Shown: positions 1-9,406 of the stretch, in pieces
Layout of the letters: each line of letters starts with the position of its first letter
How positions within the stretch are numbered: position 1 is the stretch's first letter
Assembly: GCA_964415605.1 (NCBI GenBank)
Contig: CAYQBA010000006.1
Location: forward strand, 1 to 50,069
DNA from: an uncultured Anaerolineales bacterium
GTDB lineage: Bacteria > Chloroflexota > Anaerolineae > Epilineales > Epilineaceae
Direction: 5' to 3'
DNA length: 50,069 nt
Made by a program: the position numbers and the translations under genes
The notes under the pieces: model-generated
What the model saw: the letters and a program-made list of their open reading frames with translations, nothing else
The model's database searches: none
What the model was told of the DNA's origin: nothing

Positions 1-295
1 CGGGCCGCGGATCCAACCCGGTCGGGGGCATCCGGTCGGGCAACGCCGCGGCCGTCGCACCCCCGCCGGGTTCGGGGCGATCGCCGCGATCGGCGCCGCC
101 GCGCAGCTCGACGCGCGCGCCGGCGGCCGCCCATGCCTCGACGAGGCCGGCGGGGGCGCCGGACCCGATCCACACCAGGCCCGGCTTCGGGTCCGGGAGC
201 ACAAACCGCCAGTCCGCTCGCCGCACCCGCGCGAGGCGGGCGTCGGCGGCGGCGCCGGGCGCGGCGGGCGCGGATCCGCCGACCGAGCGGCTCAC
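1..295 (-). CDS. hypothetical protein, N-terminal part only (gene runs off window start)
   Basis: Open, GC3-rich frame from GTG at 295 to the window edge. The GTG forms a GTGA overlap with the stop at 292-294 of the upstream gene. Translation VSRSVGGSAPAAPG...ADWRFVLPDPKPGLVWIGSG has no recognisable catalytic motif. Confidence 0.35.
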   Translation of the reverse strand, partial: MSRSVGGSAPAAPGAAADARLARVRRADWRFVLPDPKPGLVWIGSGAPAGLVEAWAAAGARVELRGGADRGDRPEPGGGATAAALPDRMPPTGLDPRP

Positions 296-1425
296 GCCGC
301 CACCTCGAGCGCGGGCGCCAGCGCGTCGAACAGCGCCGGGATCGGCGCCGGATAGGGGTGCCACAGCGCAAAGGCCGGCCGGCCGGACAGCGCGCGCTCG
401 AGCAGCGCCCGCCGCCGTGCCTCGGCGTCGGCCAGGTCCTCCACCCGAGCGCCGGGGAAGGCGAAGCGGTATTTCAGCACGGGCTCGACCAGCGGCAGCG
501 CCTCGTACGCCAGGGAGTGCGCCATCCGCGCGGCCACCTCGGCGCCGTCGATCGGCGTCAGCGTCGTCTCGGGCGCGGCGTGGCTGCCGACGAGGACGAC
601 GACGTCGAGCACCGCCTCGCGGCGCGTCCCGTCGCCGAAGAGGCGTTGGGGCGGCACCTGCACGTTGCGCTGCTGGTGCACCAGCGCGCGCGCGCGGCGG
701 GCCACGCCGCCCACGGGCGTGCGGCCCAGCGCGCCGGCGCCGAGCCGCGCCAGGCCCGATTCGGCCAGCCGGGTGCCGGCCAGCCGCACGCGGTCCGATC
801 GCGCGAGCCGCCGCCGGACCGCCGGCAGGTCGTCGAGGTGCCAGTCCCACAGCCGGATCGGCTCGGGCACGCCCACCAGCCGCCCGGTCGCCGGCTCGAT
901 ATAGACCCACTCGTCGCCGACGTAGGCCGCGCCGTGCGCGGCGAACGCCAGGAGCAGCTCGGTCTTGCCGCCCTTGGCCCAGCCCGTGGCCAGGACGGTC
1001 CGCCCACGCCAGGCGAAGGCCGTGGCGTGCAGCGGCAACACCCCCTTCTGGACGAGCACGTGGTTGAGGATCGGGATGAGGAGCGGCACCGCCGCCAGCC
1101 CGCGCTCGCACGTGATCTCGCCGCCGGCCAGCCGGTCGAACGGGATGCGCACACGGACCGCCGACTTGTGCTTGCCGCGCAGCACGACGAACGCGTCGTC
1201 GGTGAACCCCGCATCATCGACGCCGAGCAGCCGCAATCGGCCCGCCAGCGGCAGCCGGTCGACGAACCGGACCACGACGTCGGCTGGCCGGCCGGTCGGC
1301 TCCGGCGACTGGATGGGGCCGAGCTGGCGCGCCACGCCGCGCACGTCGCCCGGCCGGGCGTCGACGAGCCGCACCACCGCCAGGCCGTGCAGGTCGAAGT
1401 CGACCACCGCCCCGTCGGTCCTCAT
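292..1425 (-). CDS. HPr-kinase-related P-loop protein (HprK-like fold)
   Basis: C-terminal 377 codons of track ORF 292..2493. ATG at 1425 makes an ATGA overlap with the GT2 stop (1422-1424). The rest of the track ORF is an Arg-rich shadow of the GT2 gene. Walker-A-like GWAKGGKTELLL is preceded by LPLHATAF, as in HprK-related kinases. Confidence 0.7.
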   Translation of the reverse strand: MRTDGAVVDFDLHGLAVVRLVDARPGDVRGVARQLGPIQSPEPTGRPADVVVRFVDRLPLAGRLRLLGVDDAGFTDDAFVVLRGKHKSAVRVRIPFDRLAGGEITCERGLAAVPLLIPILNHVLVQKGVLPLHATAFAWRGRTVLATGWAKGGKTELLLAFAAHGAAYVGDEWVYIEPATGRLVGVPEPIRLWDWHLDDLPAVRRRLARSDRVRLAGTRLAESGLARLGAGALGRTPVGGVARRARALVHQQRNVQVPPQRLFGDGTRREAVLDVVVLVGSHAAPETTLTPIDGAEVAARMAHSLAYEALPLVEPVLKYRFAFPGARVEDLADAEARRRALLERALSGRPAFALWHPYPAPIPALFDALAPALEVAA

Positions 1426-2645
1426 GCCGCTGCCGGCCCGCCGCGGCGCGGCTCCCAGCGCTCGATCCGCGTGCCGCGCACCAGGTTGGACACCGCCACC
1501 AGCGCCGCCAGGTTGACCATGCAGAAGTAAAACGGCCAGCTGAAGACCTTCGCGCGCCCGATCGCCCCGTCGCGGCCCACGGCCCCGACCAGCGCCAGCG
1601 CGAGACCGGCCAGCTCGGCCAGCGTGACCGCGCGATAGAGCCAGCCGGCGGACCACAGCAGCGGGGCGCTGACGGCGACGACGACAAGCGGGAAGACCAG
1701 CAGCCGGCGCAGCACCTTGTGCGACACCAGCTGGAGCGCGTAGAAGCCATGGCGGCGCGGGTCCAGCAGCGCTCGCCGCACCCACACCCCGCGCAGCCCG
1801 CGGGTCATGATGCGCACCTTGCGCCCGAACTCCAGGCCGCTGCCGGCCGCGACCGGCTCGTACGCGACGGCATCCGGCGCGAAGACCAGGCGCCGGCCCT
1901 GGGCGATGACCGACGTCGACACGGCGAAGTCGTCGGTGACGCCGGTCGGGACCCCCTGGAAGAGCGAGCGGCGGATGGCATAGATGGCGCCGGTGGCGGA
2001 GATCGTGCTGCCGGCGTCGCTCTCCAGGCGCTTGAGCCAGCGATCGATGCTCCAGTAGCCGGCCTCGCCGGTGCCGGCCGCGTGCAGCGCCGCCGCCTTG
2101 CGGTAGCGCTGGTCGCCGGCCACGCCGCCCACCGTCGGATCGGCCAGCGGCCGGACCAACGCCCGCACGGCGTCGGGCGCGAAGGCCGTGTTGGCATCCG
2201 TGAACACCAGCACCTCGCCGGCGGCGGCCGCCACGGCCGCCTCGAGGGCGGCCGCCTTCCCGACCCGCGGCAGCGCCAGCACGCGCACGCCGGGCCAGGC
2301 GGCCGCACGGGCGATGGCGTCGGTGCCGTCGGTCGACCCATCGGACGCCACGACGACCTCGAGCCGATCGGCCGGATAGTCGAGCGCCCGCAGGTTGGCC
2401 AGGCGGTCGGCGATGTGCGCGGCCTCGTCGTGCGCCGCGACGATCACGCTGACCGACGGGGTGATGTCCGCGGCGCGCGGCGGGCGCGGCCACAGCCGGG
2501 CCCGCGCCACGACGAGCAGCGGGAACAGGACATAGGTGTACGCCACGAGCGCCAAGGCGCCCAGAAACACGATCTCGAGGATAGTCAACGGGTTGTCACC
2601 GAAAATGGGTCTTGACCAACCGGCGGGAAAGGCGCCGCGCACCAC
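1422..2645 (-). CDS. family 2 glycosyltransferase, membrane-embedded synthase type
   Basis: Track ORF of 407 aa. N-terminal TM helix, GT-A signatures (VSVIVAAHDEA, ASDGSTDGT, LVFTDANT) and a C-terminal multi-TM segment. GTG start at 2645 has no clear SD, so the start is uncertain. Confidence 0.9.
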   Translation of the reverse strand: MVRGAFPAGWSRPIFGDNPLTILEIVFLGALALVAYTYVLFPLLVVARARLWPRPPRAADITPSVSVIVAAHDEAAHIADRLANLRALDYPADRLEVVVASDGSTDGTDAIARAAAWPGVRVLALPRVGKAAALEAAVAAAAGEVLVFTDANTAFAPDAVRALVRPLADPTVGGVAGDQRYRKAAALHAAGTGEAGYWSIDRWLKRLESDAGSTISATGAIYAIRRSLFQGVPTGVTDDFAVSTSVIAQGRRLVFAPDAVAYEPVAAGSGLEFGRKVRIMTRGLRGVWVRRALLDPRRHGFYALQLVSHKVLRRLLVFPLVVVAVSAPLLWSAGWLYRAVTLAELAGLALALVGAVGRDGAIGRAKVFSWPFYFCMVNLAALVAVSNLVRGTRIERWEPRRGGPAAA

Positions 2646-2730
2646 CGATTGCGTGGGGCGCGGCCGTCGGCACGATAAGGGTCGCTGTCACCGAATGTCG
2701 CGGTGCGCGGCCGGCGCGCACCGATTCACG

Positions 2731-3783
2731 TCATGCGGCGCGCCGGCCCGGCACATCCGGGCGGAAGACCGACGCATCCGCGTGTTCAGCATATAAGACG
2801 AACAGCGAGGACCATCGGCTACTCGGTGTTTCCGTTCCGGCATGGCGGGCCGCTTCCGCGATCGCCCGATCCAGCAAGAACAGCGGGAAGAGCATGGATG
2901 CCGCCGCCAGCGGCACGTGCATCGCCCGCAGGTACCGTTCGACGTACTCGACCACGAGATCCGAGAGCGTGGTGCGCGCCAGGAACGCCCGGGTGAACGC
3001 ATCCATGGCGTCCACCGGCCGGCGCTCGGCCGGCGGCAGCGCGGCGGCGAGGTCGACCGCGAACTGGAACACGTCGTCGAACGGTGCAGCGCGCTCGGCC
3101 ACCTCCTCCCAGCCGATCACCCCGAGCCGGTTGCCGTCGATCAGCACGTGGCCAGGCCGGAAGTCGCCGTGGCGCCCCGTGATCGGCAGGACCAGGCCCC
3201 GGTGGACCTCGGCGGCATCCTCCAGAGCGGTCACGAAGGTGCCGAGACGGCCGTCCACGGGTCGCCCGAGGTGCGCCAGGAGCGCTAGCCGATCGCGCAC
3301 GGCGGCGCCGCCCTCAAACGTCGTGACGCCCGAAGCCGTGGCTTCCTGCATCAGCTGCAGCCACACCTGGGCGCGGAACAGGTCGTGCTGGACTTGCCCC
3401 ATCCGGGTGCGCCGGCCCTGGCGGATCAGCACGTCGAGCGTGACGCCGGGCACGGCGCTGCGGGCCATGACGAGGTGATCGTCGAGGTCGAACAGGCCGA
3501 CCGGCCGCGGCACGGTTCCCTGGAGCGCGGAGATCTGCCACAGCGACTCGAGGGCCTCGAAGGCGTTCTGCAAGCGGCGCTGCCCCGACGCATGCGCCGA
3601 CGTCTTGATCACCAGCGACGGGGTCGGCTGACCGGCGCCGAAGACGAGGTAGACGGCCTCTCCCCGCGCGACTGAATCGGGACGCAAGAGGATGGTGCTG
3701 ATCGGCGGCCGGAGGTAGATGCCGGCCTGCTTCAGCGCGGGCCGCCACGCGCCGTTCAATGCATCGATGATCGTCGGGATCAT
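2731..3783 (-). CDS. aminoglycoside-phosphotransferase/choline-kinase fold protein
   Basis: C-terminal 350 codons of track ORF 2731..4299, with ATG at 3783. Brenner-type motif HGDFRPGHVLID is present. The downstream metal-binding position reads VIGWEE rather than the usual xIDxx, so it may be catalytically atypical. Confidence 0.8.
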   Translation of the reverse strand: MIPTIIDALNGAWRPALKQAGIYLRPPISTILLRPDSVARGEAVYLVFGAGQPTPSLVIKTSAHASGQRRLQNAFEALESLWQISALQGTVPRPVGLFDLDDHLVMARSAVPGVTLDVLIRQGRRTRMGQVQHDLFRAQVWLQLMQEATASGVTTFEGGAAVRDRLALLAHLGRPVDGRLGTFVTALEDAAEVHRGLVLPITGRHGDFRPGHVLIDGNRLGVIGWEEVAERAAPFDDVFQFAVDLAAALPPAERRPVDAMDAFTRAFLARTTLSDLVVEYVERYLRAMHVPLAAASMLFPLFLLDRAIAEAARHAGTETPSSRWSSLFVLYAEHADASVFRPDVPGRRAA

Positions 3784-3814
3784 GGTCACCCTCGCTTCGA
3801 CCGCCCGGCGTGGA

Positions 3815-4570
3815 TCAATCGGCGCAGCGCTGGCCGACGACCACCACGGTGTCGAACAGCCAGTCGGGCCGCCCCGCGTTGAGGATCGCGGACGCCAGGC
3901 GAGTGTGCAGCCAGCGCCAGCGCGGAGCGGGGGCGTGCAACGCTCGGAGGTAGTAAGCCACGGCATCCGGGCGATCGAGCGAGACCAGCGACCACCGGCC
4001 GTGCACGTCGCGGGCGTAGCCGTGGCGGCCGGTGATTCGGAACCCGCTGTCCTGCCATGCGCGGCAGGCGCACGCGCCGGATTCGCAATCGACCGTCCGC
4101 GCGGGCCGCCGGGCAGCGAGCCAACCACGCCGCGACCGGCCGGCGTGACCGCGCATCGCCACGACCATCCAGCCCCCGGGGCGCACGACGCGGGCGGCTT
4201 CCCCCGACAGCCACCCCTCGTCGGCGGGAGCGTGGGCGGGCACCAGAAAGTGGTCGAGCACCGCGTCGCCCAGCGCGAGGCGGCGGCGCCCGCTGGCACA
4301 CCCGGAGCAAGCGCCTGGCTGGGTCGCCATCCGCGGATCGACCGGCTCTAGCACGATCGGCAGCGCACCGGAAACCGTGACGGCGTCGGACGCATGGGGG
4401 GCGGTGCCCCAGATGCCGACCCGATCCCCAGACGCCAGCGGCAGCAGCGCGCACAGGCCGCCGGCCGCGTCATCGTCCGGCGCGGCCACGGCACCAACCG
4501 CCAGCCGGTCGCGCGCAGGGCCCGCAAGCTCGCGAAGGGTCGGGCGTTCCCGCTGGATGTCGGTCAACAT
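3815..4570 (-). CDS. hypothetical protein, weakly SAM-methyltransferase-like
   Basis: Track ORF of 251 aa with ATG at 4570 after a GGGGG-rich SD-like stretch. Only a post-II-like ARVVRPGGWMVVA segment resembles class I MTases; no clear GxGxG. Confidence 0.5.
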   Translation of the reverse strand: MLTDIQRERPTLRELAGPARDRLAVGAVAAPDDDAAGGLCALLPLASGDRVGIWGTAPHASDAVTVSGALPIVLEPVDPRMATQPGACSGCASGRRRLALGDAVLDHFLVPAHAPADEGWLSGEAARVVRPGGWMVVAMRGHAGRSRRGWLAARRPARTVDCESGACACRAWQDSGFRITGRHGYARDVHGRWSLVSLDRPDAVAYYLRALHAPAPRWRWLHTRLASAILNAGRPDWLFDTVVVVGQRCAD

Positions 4571-4625
4571 GGCATGCCCCCAGGGTCAAACCCCCGGGCC
4601 GGGGCGACAGGCTCGCGGTCGGCGG

Positions 4626-5357
4626 TTACGACGCGCCGCGGCCGCCGGCCACGGCGGCGAACGTGCGCATCATGATCGCCAGATCCATGCGCAGCGAGCA
4701 ATGCCGGACATAGAAGATGTCCAGGCGGCAGCGCTCGTCGAAGTCGAGCTCGGCGCGCCCGATGACCTGCCAGAGGCCGGTGAGGCCGGGCACGCTGGTG
4801 AGCCGCTCCCACATCCACGGCGAGTACGTCTCGGCCGCGAACGACGTCGGCCGCGGGCCGACCAGCGTCATGTCGCCCTTGAGGATGTTGAACACCTGGG
4901 GCAGCTCGTCGAGGGACGTCCGCCGCAGGAAGCGGCCCACGCGGGTCATGCGCGGGTCGTCCGGGATCTTGAAGTCCGGCGGCGTCAGCACGTTGAGGTG
5001 GGCGTACGTGGCCTTGAGCGCCTCGGCGTTCGCCACCATCGTGCGCAGCTTGTACATCTTGAAGCGCCGCCCGAAGCGCCCGGTGCGCTGCTGGCTGAAG
5101 AAGATCGGGCCGGGCGACTCGACCCACACGGCCACCGCGCAGATCGCCAACACGACGAGGGTCGGCAGAAGGATCGCGGCCACGAAGGCCAGGTCCAGGA
5201 GCCGCTTGAGCCGGAGGTAGCACTCGCCGCACGCCACCGGCTGCGTGACGAATGCCTGGGTGTACCAGGGCTCCGCGACGGGGTCGGGCGCCCAAGGGCG
5301 CAATAACGCCGCGCGGTGCACAAACGTCGAATAGCCTGAGACCTTGCTGTCAATCAT
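4626..5357 (-). CDS. undecaprenyl-phosphate sugar phosphotransferase (bacterial sugar transferase family, WbaP/EpsL-like)
   Basis: Track ORF of 243 aa. One TM helix, then FSQQRTGRFGRRFKMYKLRTM, DELPQVFNILKGDMTLVGPRP and GLTGLWQV, the hallmark blocks of the family. AGAGG SD-like sequence lies 7 nt before the ATG at 5357. Confidence 0.92.
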   Translation of the reverse strand: MIDSKVSGYSTFVHRAALLRPWAPDPVAEPWYTQAFVTQPVACGECYLRLKRLLDLAFVAAILLPTLVVLAICAVAVWVESPGPIFFSQQRTGRFGRRFKMYKLRTMVANAEALKATYAHLNVLTPPDFKIPDDPRMTRVGRFLRRTSLDELPQVFNILKGDMTLVGPRPTSFAAETYSPWMWERLTSVPGLTGLWQVIGRAELDFDERCRLDIFYVRHCSLRMDLAIMMRTFAAVAGGRGAS

Positions 5358-5595
5358 GACAAACCTCTAAACCATGCAAGTAGGGAGGCGGACCTTGCCT
5401 CCCCGAGCCGAACCGCCAGTCCCGACCGATCGCCTCGAAACCGTCTCCCCCCGGAGCGATGCGGCGGGTGATGCCTGGCCAAGAGCAAATTAAGGCGCCT
5501 TTACCAAGCGATCGATGTTTATTAACGGGTTCCCCGGCCGAAAGATACTGGCGCGCGGATTCTTTTTCGGCATCGGCTCGCCACCGGCGACGCGA

Positions 5596-5624
5596 TTGAC
5601 GGCGATCGAGGGGCGTGGTATTGA
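5596..5624 (+). promoter_or_regulatory. candidate sigma70-type promoter TTGACG-N17-TATTGA
   Basis: TTGACG at 5596-5601, a 17-nt spacer, then TATTGA at 5619-5624. It lies inside the 5' extension of track ORF 5615.., which supports the downstream ATG at 5681 as the true start. Confidence 0.4.
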
Positions 5625-5680
5625 TGGAAGGCATCCACATCCGCCCCGCCGGCGGCAGGCCGGAGACGCAGGAGCCCCCC

Positions 5681-8600
5681 ATGCCTGAACGACGATCCCC
5701 GCGGCGCACGCCGCTGCCCGCGCTGTTCGCCGCCGGGTTGACGCTGGCGGCCGCCGGCCCCCTCGCGCCCCGCGGTTCGGCGGCGCCGGCGACGCCCGAC
5801 AGCCCGCACGGCATTTGGCTGCCGTTCGTCATCCACGGCCCCGCGTCGCTCATCCCTCCGGTTCCGACGCCGAGCGGGCCGCGCACGTGGCGCGTGCCCG
5901 GCGACCTGCCGACCCTGCGCGCCGCCCTCGCCGTCGCCCGGGCGGGCGACACGGTGGAGGCGGCCCCGGGGACGTACCCCGAAAGCGGGCTCGTGGTGCC
6001 GGCCGGCGTGCGGCTGGTCGGCGGGAGCTGGGCCGCCTCGGTCATCGATGCCCTGGAGCAAGGCGACGGCGTGACGCTCCGCGGCGGCAGCCTCGAGGGC
6101 TTCACGGTCCGCGGCGCCGGCGAAGGCGGCGCCGGGATCCGGATCACCGGCGGCCCGGCGCGCGTGCGTGCCTCCGCCATCGTGGGGAACCCCAACGGGA
6201 TCGTCGCGGCTTGCGCCGCCGGCGACGGCTGCGGCGTCACCGTCGAGGAGTCCATCGTCGCGCTGAGCCGCGGCGACGGCATCGCCGGGCCGACGGGCGG
6301 GCGCCTCGACGCTCACGCCAACACCGTGATCGACAACAGGGCGCGCGGCATCGTCGTGAGCGGCGATGGCATGCTCGAAGGCAACGTGATCGTCGGCCAC
6401 GCCGAAGGCATCGTCGCCGCCGGACCCGGGGCGGCACCGGTGGTCCGTGACAACTTATATTGGGACAACGGCGCCGATCACGTCGGATCCCTGGTCCCGG
6501 ACGGCGGCCTGGCGGCCGACCCGCTGCTGCGCGACCGCGCGGCCGGCGACTACCGGCCCACCGCCGGGTCGCCGGTCTCGGCGACCGGCCGGGCGTACGG
6601 CGCGATCGCGTTCGAGCCCGTGGGAGCGCCGCCAGGCGGCGTGGCCGTGCGCGACGGCGTCGATCCCGCCGACGACCCCGGCCGCCGCTGGCTGGCCTGG
6701 GCCGATGACGGCGCTCACGGCCACGTCGTGTACTTCGGCGCCGGTGCCGGCCGCTTCCATCGCCGCGTCGACGCCGGCAGCGCCGCCGTTCGCCTGGACC
6801 TGACGGACCTCGATCCGGCGCTGGACCGTGTCGCCGCCGTCAGCGCCTACGACGAGACCGGGAACGAGAGCGCGCTGTCGACCGTCGTCGACATCCCGGC
6901 GCCGCCGGCACCGCCGGTCGGGCGCATCCGGCGGGTCCCGGACGACCACGCGACGATCGCGGCGGCGCTGGCCGCGGCGGCGCCGGGCGACGTCGTCTCG
7001 GTCGCCCCCGGCACCTACCGAGAGGGACCGCTGGCGGTCAGGCGCGGGGTCCATCTGCTCGGCGCCGGCTGGGCACGGACGATCATCGACGGCAATGGGG
7101 CCAGCCACGTGCTCGAGCCGCAGCCCGAGAGCGTGGTCGAGGGCGTTACCGTCCGGGACGGCAGGCCAGACGAGGTGTTCGACGCCGGCGTGTGGATCAC
7201 GCGCGGGCCGGTGACGCTGCGGCGTATCCGCGTGACCGGCAACCACACCGGGATCTACGGGTGGTGCTTCGATGCCGCCACCTGCGACTTGCGGGTGACG
7301 ATCGAGGGCAGCCTCGTCGACGGCAACATCGGCGCCGGCATCAACGGCAACGAGCACGCCGTGTGGGACGCCCGCGGCAACACGATCGCCGGCAACGGCA
7401 CCGGCGGCAGCCGCACGAACAACAGCAGCAGCGGCATCGTCGTCGCCCACGCCGGCGCGACCGTGGTCGACAACGTCATCGCCGGCAACGCGTTCCTCGG
7501 GCTCGGCGACCTGGCCGGAGCGACCGCGCACCACAACCTCGTCACCGGCAACGGCGTCGACTACCGCGCCGTGCCGGGCGTGGGCGACGTCACGGCCGAT
7601 CCGCTGTTCCGCGACGGCGCGGGCGGCGACTATCGGCTGCGCGCGGGGTCGCCGGCCATCGGTGCGGCGAGCCACGGGGGCGATCTCGGAGCGCTGCCGT
7701 TTGCCCCGTCGGGCCGAGCACCGGCCGATGTCGTGGTCGAGCCGGCGGGGGACTTCGCGTGGGACGTCCGCTGGTCAGCGCGACCGGGTGCCGTGGCCCA
7801 CGTGGTCTACGCCGGGGTGGCCGACCAGCCCGGATACAGCTTGATCTTGCCGGCGGGCGTCGCCCCGCCGCTGCGACTGTCCAACCTGCCCGGCGGGCTG
7901 ACGTATCGCGTGGCGGTGGCGGCCCGCGACGCTACGGGCGCCGAGAGCGCCGTGTCGCCCCCCGTGCTGGTCAAGGTCCCGCCGGCCGCCGACGGCCATT
8001 ATGAAGAGGACAACCCGGCGCTGGCCCGTCGTGGGGCGTGGCGGCGCGTCGCGGACCCGGCCGCGTCCGGCGGCGCCTATCTCGCCTCCGACACGGCGGG
8101 CGATCGCGTGACGCTGGCGTTCGGCGGCGACCGGCTCACGCTCTATCGCCGGATCGGGCCGGACGGCGGGCAGGCCATCGTCTCCGTCGACGGACGGCGG
8201 CATGGGACGCTCGAGCTCTACTTCCCGGAGGAGCGCCACCAGGTGCCGGCCGTCGTCGACGGGCTCGGCCCGGGCGGCCATGCGGTATCCATCGTGGTGG
8301 CCGCCCAGGCGGACCAGGCGTCGACCGGCCGCGTCGTGGCGCTCGACGCGGTGGCCGTCCCCGGGCCGTTCGAGCCGAGCGCGGCCCAGGTGGCTGGGAT
8401 CGCGCGGGTCAACCTCTACCGCGACCGCGTGGCCATCCCGCGGGCGCGCGGCGCGCTGGCGATCCACCTCGCGGCGCAGGCGCACGCCGACTACGCCGTG
8501 CGCAACCCGGGCGAGAGCCACGGCGAGACGCCCGGCAAGCCCGGGTTCGTCGGGCCGGGGCCAAGCGACCGCGTGCGCTACTTCGGCTACCCGTACGGTG

Positions 8601-9292
8601 TCTGGGAGGACATGCACTTCATCGGCGACCCCGTGGCGGCCATCGACGGCTTCATGACGACGGTCTACCACCGCGTGCCGGTCATCCAGTACGGGCTGGT
8701 CGAGGCGGGCATCGGCACGGCGCGCGCCGGCGGCAACGCCGCCGACGTGCTTGACATGGGCGGCGGTCGGGGAACGGCGCCGGGCGAGCGCGTCGTCTAC
8801 ACGTACCCGTTCGACGGCCAGACGGACGTGCCGCCCGGCTGGGACGGCGGCGAAGGCCCGGACCCGCTACCGGGCCAGCCCAAGCCGGTGGGCTACCCGG
8901 TCAGCCTGCACATCGCCCAACCGGCCGGCGGCATCGCCGGCGACCGGTTCGCGCCGCCGCCCGGCACGGCGGTCGCGGCGCTGCGCGGGCGGCCGTGGGG
9001 CGTCGGCGGAGGACCCGCGTGGCGCGGGGCGCTGCGCGGCCCGTTCGAAGACGGCGACGACGGCGGCTGGTCGGTGTCGACGATCGCGCTGTCGGACGAC
9101 CGCGGCGCCGCCGTGCCGGCCCACGTGCTCCACCAAGGCGCCGATCCCAACACATTCCTCGGCCCCGACGTGGCCTTCCTGATCGCCCGGCAGCCCATGG
9201 GGCGCGGCACGGTCTACCGCGCTCACGTGGCCGGCACCGACAGCCGCGGCCTGCCGTTCGAGGCGCGGTGGTCGTTCACGACGGCGCCGTGA
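5681..9292 (+). CDS. large secreted protein: two right-handed beta-helix modules, Fn3-like spacers, lectin-like module and a CAP/SCP (YkwD-like) domain
   Basis: ATG at 5681 follows CAGGAG. Signal-like MPERRSPRRTPLPALFAAGLTLAAAG. Paralogous modules begin RVPGDLPTLRAALAVARAGDTVEAAPGTY and RVPDDHATIAAALAAAAPGDVVSVAPGTY, and each ends DPLxRDxAxGDYRxxAGSP. CAP-like block is VNLYRDRVAIP...AAQAHADY...HG...DRVRYFGY...YHRVPVIQ. Confidence 0.85.
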   Translation: MPERRSPRRTPLPALFAAGLTLAAAGPLAPRGSAAPATPDSPHGIWLPFVIHGPASLIPPVPTPSGPRTWRVPGDLPTLRAALAVARAGDTVEAAPGTYPESGLVVPAGVRLVGGSWAASVIDALEQGDGVTLRGGSLEGFTVRGAGEGGAGIRITGGPARVRASAIVGNPNGIVAACAAGDGCGVTVEESIVALSRGDGIAGPTGGRLDAHANTVIDNRARGIVVSGDGMLEGNVIVGHAEGIVAAGPGAAPVVRDNLYWDNGADHVGSLVPDGGLAADPLLRDRAAGDYRPTAGSPVSATGRAYGAIAFEPVGAPPGGVAVRDGVDPADDPGRRWLAWADDGAHGHVVYFGAGAGRFHRRVDAGSAAVRLDLTDLDPALDRVAAVSAYDETGNESALSTVVDIPAPPAPPVGRIRRVPDDHATIAAALAAAAPGDVVSVAPGTYREGPLAVRRGVHLLGAGWARTIIDGNGASHVLEPQPESVVEGVTVRDGRPDEVFDAGVWITRGPVTLRRIRVTGNHTGIYGWCFDAATCDLRVTIEGSLVDGNIGAGINGNEHAVWDARGNTIAGNGTGGSRTNNSSSGIVVAHAGATVVDNVIAGNAFLGLGDLAGATAHHNLVTGNGVDYRAVPGVGDVTADPLFRDGAGGDYRLRAGSPAIGAASHGGDLGALPFAPSGRAPADVVVEPAGDFAWDVRWSARPGAVAHVVYAGVADQPGYSLILPAGVAPPLRLSNLPGGLTYRVAVAARDATGAESAVSPPVLVKVPPAADGHYEEDNPALARRGAWRRVADPAASGGAYLASDTAGDRVTLAFGGDRLTLYRRIGPDGGQAIVSVDGRRHGTLELYFPEERHQVPAVVDGLGPGGHAVSIVVAAQADQASTGRVVALDAVAVPGPFEPSAAQVAGIARVNLYRDRVAIPRARGALAIHLAAQAHADYAVRNPGESHGETPGKPGFVGPGPSDRVRYFGYPYGVWEDMHFIGDPVAAIDGFMTTVYHRVPVIQYGLVEAGIGTARAGGNAADVLDMGGGRGTAPGERVVYTYPFDGQTDVPPGWDGGEGPDPLPGQPKPVGYPVSLHIAQPAGGIAGDRFAPPPGTAVAALRGRPWGVGGGPAWRGALRGPFEDGDDGGWSVSTIALSDDRGAAVPAHVLHQGADPNTFLGPDVAFLIARQPMGRGTVYRAHVAGTDSRGLPFEARWSFTTAP

Positions 9293-9406
9293 GCCAGGGC
9301 GCGCTGGAGCGCGGCGCCATCTCGGTTGCCGGGCGACTTCCCCAGGCCCACGCGTCCACGGGCGCCCGCCGCCGGGGGTCAGCCGGCCATCGTGGCCGTC
9401 GCCGCC

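Noticed and set aside
292-2493. N-terminal extensions of track ORFs: 292..2493, 2731..4299, 28934..31249, 44622..46124, 36330..37601, 46333..47733, 15754..16809, 39000..40121, 5615..9292, 14558..15349.
   Set aside because: The extensions overlap the upstream gene or lack protein-like composition. Internal starts are supported by SD sequences or by ATGA/GTGA overlaps with the preceding stop.
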